A stretch of 64,000 nucleotides of DNA, taken from the NCBI GenBank assembly GCA_036172245.1, contig JAYWIR010000033.1, forward strand, positions 248,001-312,000, read 5' to 3'. The notes below the pieces were generated by a model. That model was not told the DNA's origin. It did no database searches and saw nothing but the letters and a program-made list of their open reading frames with translations. Origin of the DNA: Raillietiella orientalis. Lineage: Eukaryota. Positions 59,356-64,000 of the stretch are shown here, piece after piece; position 1 is the first letter of the stretch; each line of letters begins with the position of its first letter. Both the position numbers and the translations under genes were made by a program.

Positions 59356-61385
59356 GAAGGACGTGTTTTTCAGGCGCTTCGTCGACGAGACCCGGAAAGC
59401 GGATTCGTTTGTGAAGTGTGCATTTTTTCACATCGTTGGTGTCTCATGGCATCTTACCAGAGGACACCACGATGTAAATAGGCCTAAGGAAGGCTAGCCT
59501 CCCCTTACGGCCTATAGAATCAGGGGCAGTCACTCTGGAATCATCCCCGGCGACGCCGAGGACCTGGAGCTCCATGGTGTACGCGCCGAGCGTGGACACC
59601 TTGACGGAGCAAGCGGCTTACAGGGCCTAAGGATATAAAGCATCTCTGGTGTATAAGGTAGGACCTCTGTTTGATGTTCGCACCGCTCGGGCCTTCAGTT
59701 AGGTACTACAGGACTTTCTTGTAAGAGAAGAGGATCTTGATGTCCTCTCCGTACTCAGCGGGGGGAGCGCGTGGAGGTCGTCTGCAAAGACGTAGCCATA
59801 GCACAGCGCCTGATAAACCCCCGCTAAATGTGGATGGCTGGAAGATCCTATCGGTTAGCATGGACCGCTCCGTAGTAGTCAATCTAACCGCATACACAAA
59901 TCGAATGACGCGCTCTGCGGTCAATTCCCAGTTGACGAAATACGGCGAGGTACACGCGCTGTAGCCAAAGCCCACCATCTTCAAAGGCTTTAATAGCCAT
60001 TTTGGAGGCCAGGCCGCAGCGCGGGTCACTGTCAATGAGGGTGCTGGGTTGCCCCACAAACTGGAGGTCATGAAAGAATCCGTCGACATCTGGTACGTGG
60101 GGAAACCCGGCTATTGGGGTTACTGCAATGCAGTAGGGCACTTGCGCAAGCGGTGCTTGAACCCTGGGTGCCACTTGTGCGGGTTTAAGAGACACGTGCG
60201 TCGTGTGTGCCCTAATCGCCCCACCTCGGTGCCACCTGCTGCCAAAAAGGCGCAGGCCAAAAAATATGGACACGATCGAAAGACATAAGCGAGAAACTGG
60301 CCGGCCTCAACTGCCATCTCCTCTTCCTTCCACCCAGGCTTCGGAGAATAAAACCGCGGAGGACGCAGAAATGGATGAGGGATGGCAACTGGTAAAGGCC
60401 AAAAAAGAAAGAAAAGGGGTCAAAGGACTGGAGTAGAAAACGCACAAAAAGAACAAGGCCGGCAAAAAGAATAAAGGCGCGCCACTTTCAAAAAAACTCC
60501 CCGAGTGCTCGGTAGCACTGGATCGCGTCAGCGTTCCTCAGGCTGCCACCCAGGGCGACGAGCCTCCCCTCGCCGTATCCACCGTGCCCGAGGTTAGCTA
60601 CTGCGAACCCTCTGTGCAAACAGAGGGTTAGCCGCGAGACGCGCTCGCCTTCGGCAAGGATGCCGCCTTCGCGAAGGCGGCATAGGAGCTCGCGTTCACG
60701 CTGGCTGAGCGTGAGAACCCCTCACGCAAGGCCGTGCGAAGGCCGGCTCCGCAGAAAAAGGCCCCCGAAGGTGCGTCCGACCTGGAAGCCGGAAGTGCAT
60801 TCTCCTCCTCGAATGCTCCCCCAGGAAGTTAAAACGCAAGACTCAGAACCCCAGGAGGGGCCTCCCCTGAACCAGCGAGAAGGAGAATCCGGAAGCCGAC
60901 GCAAGCGTGGGAACCCCGGAGTGGGAATTCCCACGCGCGGAAACCGTCAATGCGGCCATCCCCATGGAATAGAGTGAACAGAGGAGGGAAGTCTTCCCTG
61001 CAGTCGTCGCACCTGAACAGCCCGCTTCCATGGAGCATAGCGAACAGGTAGGCGCGACCTCACCAGAGGGTGAACCGGCCGACGCGCGGTTATCCATGCA
61101 GGAAGGGGAACAGTTGCTCGACGCACCTGTCCCTCTTCCTCCTAGCGTCCCGCCTTAACAGGTGGCGGACGCCGCATCGCCAATTTCCTAGGAATAACAC
61201 CTGGGCTCGCCTATCTCCGTCAGATCCGAGTGGCCTGTTGGAACGTCAACGAGCTGCGCGAGGACGGCAACAGACGAGATACGGCTGACACCCTGCGTGA
61301 GTTCGACCTGGCCCTGCTGCAAGAGAACCACTTGTTCACAGTGGCAGACGTTCAGAAGATCGAGACGATCGCGGGAAGTCGGCTT
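59355..61385 (+). mobile_element. Element M: 5' end, I-type ORF1 and start of APE
   Basis: GGACGTGTTTTT at 59359; CHLCGFKRHVRRVC; VACWNVNELREDGNRRD..LLQE. Confidence 0.88.
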
Positions 61386-63296
61386 TTTACCACTCGGGTG
61401 CGCCGAAGCGTTTATTAGAAATTATCTGGGATCAGAGTTCCTGGACAAAGGGGAAAACAAGATACGAAAGGTGTGGGATCCCCGACACGCAGGTCGTTAT
61501 GGCGAAAGTCCGGAACGGGAGGAAGGGGACAACAAATACACTACTATAAAAAATAAAATTAAAAGTGTGATGGGCAGGGGACATGGGTCTTTGGTGAGTC
61601 CGTTCCTTTCTTTCAAAACCGGCGATGGATGCCTGCGATCTCTCTCCTTACGCCCTGTGGCAGATGGGCCCACTGGATAGCCAACGACATGTTTGTGCTG
61701 GTTCATCCGGTGGGCTGACAAAGGATGGTTAGCTTCTCCAACTCTCGGTGGGACTTGTCGATGGCGCGGGTGCAACACACGGTTGCAAGGACAGCATCCA
61801 ATGACAGGCCGCCTGGCGTAAAAAAGCGGCGCATCAATTCCCTCGCGGTGTCTTCCTGGTGCAGAAGAGCTGAGGCCAGCCTCTGTGAAAGTCCTAGAAG
61901 GAAACCGCTGTCCAGGAGCAGGTGCGGGATCGTTACCACTTCCCCGCACCTCTTACAGTTTGGGGAGACAACTCCCCCGGAAACACGGTTCGTCCGCTGG
62001 TGGGAGTGAAAACCCCAATGCACCAGCATGATCACGTCCTGCTTTCACGGAAGAGGGAACACAGAAGTGTTCAAACAGGAGGGAGGGACCACAAGCTCTT
62101 CCGGGGGTTGTGTTTACACTCAAGTGTTCACTCCACCGAAGGAGTCCCTTCGGAACGTGGCGAGGCGTGGCGGCGTCTGCCAGCTTGCTAGTCCTCCAGC
62201 CGCCAATAGGTCGTGTTGTTCCTGCAATGGTGTAGCCGACCTCCGATCTTGCCGGTTCGCAGCTGTCATCTCTTGCCCTAAGGGCTGAGAGGGCGTCGGC
62301 GAGCAGGATGACAACCAGGCGGGTCCACTTCTTCTGGCTGTTGCACACCTTGTCCACCGTGCAATACGGGGACAGGTGAGCGCAACGAAGTTCCAGGAGA
62401 AAAACATCCTGTTGCTTTGCCCAGCCATGCAATGGTTCCTGCCATCAGGCTTTAAAGTTCGTTGGGAGGCAGGAAATCCATTTTTGGGCTTCCTAGATGC
62501 CGGTAGAGCGGTTTCAAGGGGAAACCGATGCTTCTCGTCGCGCGCTCCGTGTGCGGTCGCAGCGACAGAAGTCCATCGCTGCCTGTGCAGCGCCGCAGAA
62601 GCTGGCGCGCGGGAGCGCACCACGGAGTGGACCAAAGGTCTGCGCACAGGACCAACATCCGAAGCTGCACATGCAGCTCGATTGTCTCCAGCGTGAGGAT
62701 GCCTAAGCCAGCATCCCAACGCGGGGCCGCCAAGTTTTTGAGGCGGATCCTGGTCCTCGCAGGTCCCCACAGAGCGTTCCTCAACAGGCTGTGCGCCTAG
62801 AGCTTGGTCGAGTAGGGAAGCGGGCAAACAAAAAGCAGGGGCACAAGAGGGGGGCAACGAAGGTGTTCCATATCCTGGCCCGCTCCGGCAGGACGAACCT
62901 GCCATGGTAAAACGGGCTCAGGGCATTCGAAGCCTTCCGAAGGCAGTCCGACCACACTTCCACTGGGCTGATGTTCCCCAGCGGAACGCCCAGATATTGC
63001 ATGGAGGAAACGTTCGGGATCCTTAGGCGGATCCAGTCGGACAGCCCCTCCCACGCTGCACCAATAGGTACGAGCACGCTCTTGCTCCGGTTTACGCTCA
63101 TGCCCGCTCCCCGGCGAATCAGCTCGAAGAAATCCTCGGGACTGGATGCCGGGGTGGTCATGGGAAAGAGGAGAAGCAGGTCGTCAGCATAGGCCGCCAC
63201 GTACGGCGTTCCTGGACAAGAGCTCGGCAGGTTGGACAGCGTCAGCCTGTACGCCCTCAGCACCAACTCAAAGAAGATGCTGAAAAGCAACGGGCT
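61384..63296 (-). mobile_element. Element N: 5'-truncated J/B-like ORF2 end and 3' UTR
   Basis: AAYADD (about 63181-63197), CKRCGE..HLLLDS. Terminal hairpin at 61384-61416. Confidence 0.9.
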
Positions 63297-63585
63297 TTAT
63301 ACCCCAGTGCCTTGTAGGCGGATATCTCAGACATGGCTTTAGTGCTAGGCGAGGCTATTATGGTGCTCAATCGTCCTCGGTTTGGGCGGCGAGAGGTATT
63401 CCGGGTCGGATGCCCAATATTCTCTAGGCTGTGAAGGTGGACAAACCTCCCCCACGCCTACCTCTATCGTGGTGTCCTCTGCCAGTGATGCTATCGGACA
63501 CTAGCGATGTTCCACAAATGAAAACACTACGAAAAAAACGCCTTCCTGTCGACTCACTCGCGAGCGAAGGAAAAACACGTCTGTT
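63297..63585 (-). mobile_element. 5' end fragment of an I-type element
   Basis: Reverse complement matches 37435-37720 (GACGTG..GAGTGAGTCGACAGGAAG). Confidence 0.8.
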
Positions 63586-63589
63586 AAAA

Positions 63590-64000
63590 ACACGCATCCT
63601 GCGCGGGCATTTGTCGGCTCGTATAAGGCTTCGCCCCGACGCGTAGTTCTATTTTTTGCTTCTTTTTTTTGTAGAGAAGAGGAAGAGTTTTCTGCGCATG
63701 CGCGCTCGCGGTTTTCACAACGCTTTTTGAAGTTTTGATGTTTTTTTCCCTCTATTCGCGGCGTTTATTTCGCGATGCGATACGCGCTTTGTTCCTGCGC
63801 TTTTGGATTTTTAGAAGGAGATCCGGGCACGTTTCATTTTGTGCCCGGGCTAGTGGCGGTTTCAGGAAGCGGCCGAGGGACACTTCGTAAGGTTGGTGAC
63901 CCTCCTGCTCGCATTCCGCGCACACAAGCGTTTGCCTCACAAACCAGAAACGTACGGTCATTCCATGCACCTGCAGTCGCGTGAGCATTGCCCGGAGATC
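63590..64000 (-). mobile_element. C-type ORF1 fragment
   Basis: TRLQVHGMTVRFWFVRQTLVCAECEQEGH matches 43085-43175. Confidence 0.82.

Overview
This is eukaryotic, probably arthropod, nuclear DNA. About 85% of the window (1-23.5 kb and 31.9-64 kb) is a mosaic of roughly 25 nested, decayed non-LTR retrotransposons of the L1 clade, Tx1-like: ORF1 has CCHC knuckles and ORF2 has APE endonuclease + RT + a C-terminal CCHC finger. There are two lineages. Family A has two copies. The second lineage is a radiation of related subfamilies (my labels B, C, D, E, G, I, K) that share a 5' GGACGTG-T-run motif, a TAATG/TGATG ORF1-ORF2 stop-start junction and a 3' AATAAACG+hairpin end with no poly(A). No copy is intact. 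The best one (D2, 10848-16405) is full length, has no frameshifts and carries 4 nonsense codons. Orientation alternates almost strictly along the window, and one 5' junction recurs at the same ORF2 codons in two different host elements. The centre holds mitochondrial insertions (NUMTs): a separate cox3 fragment, then cox1 end-trnL2-degenerate cox2-degenerate trnL-cox2-trnD-atp8-atp6-cox3-trnG, then cob end-trnT, with T-armless tRNAs. About 3.6 kb of unique sequence follows, containing an unassignable ORF. Everything was read by eye, so boundaries are approximate and family labels are my own.
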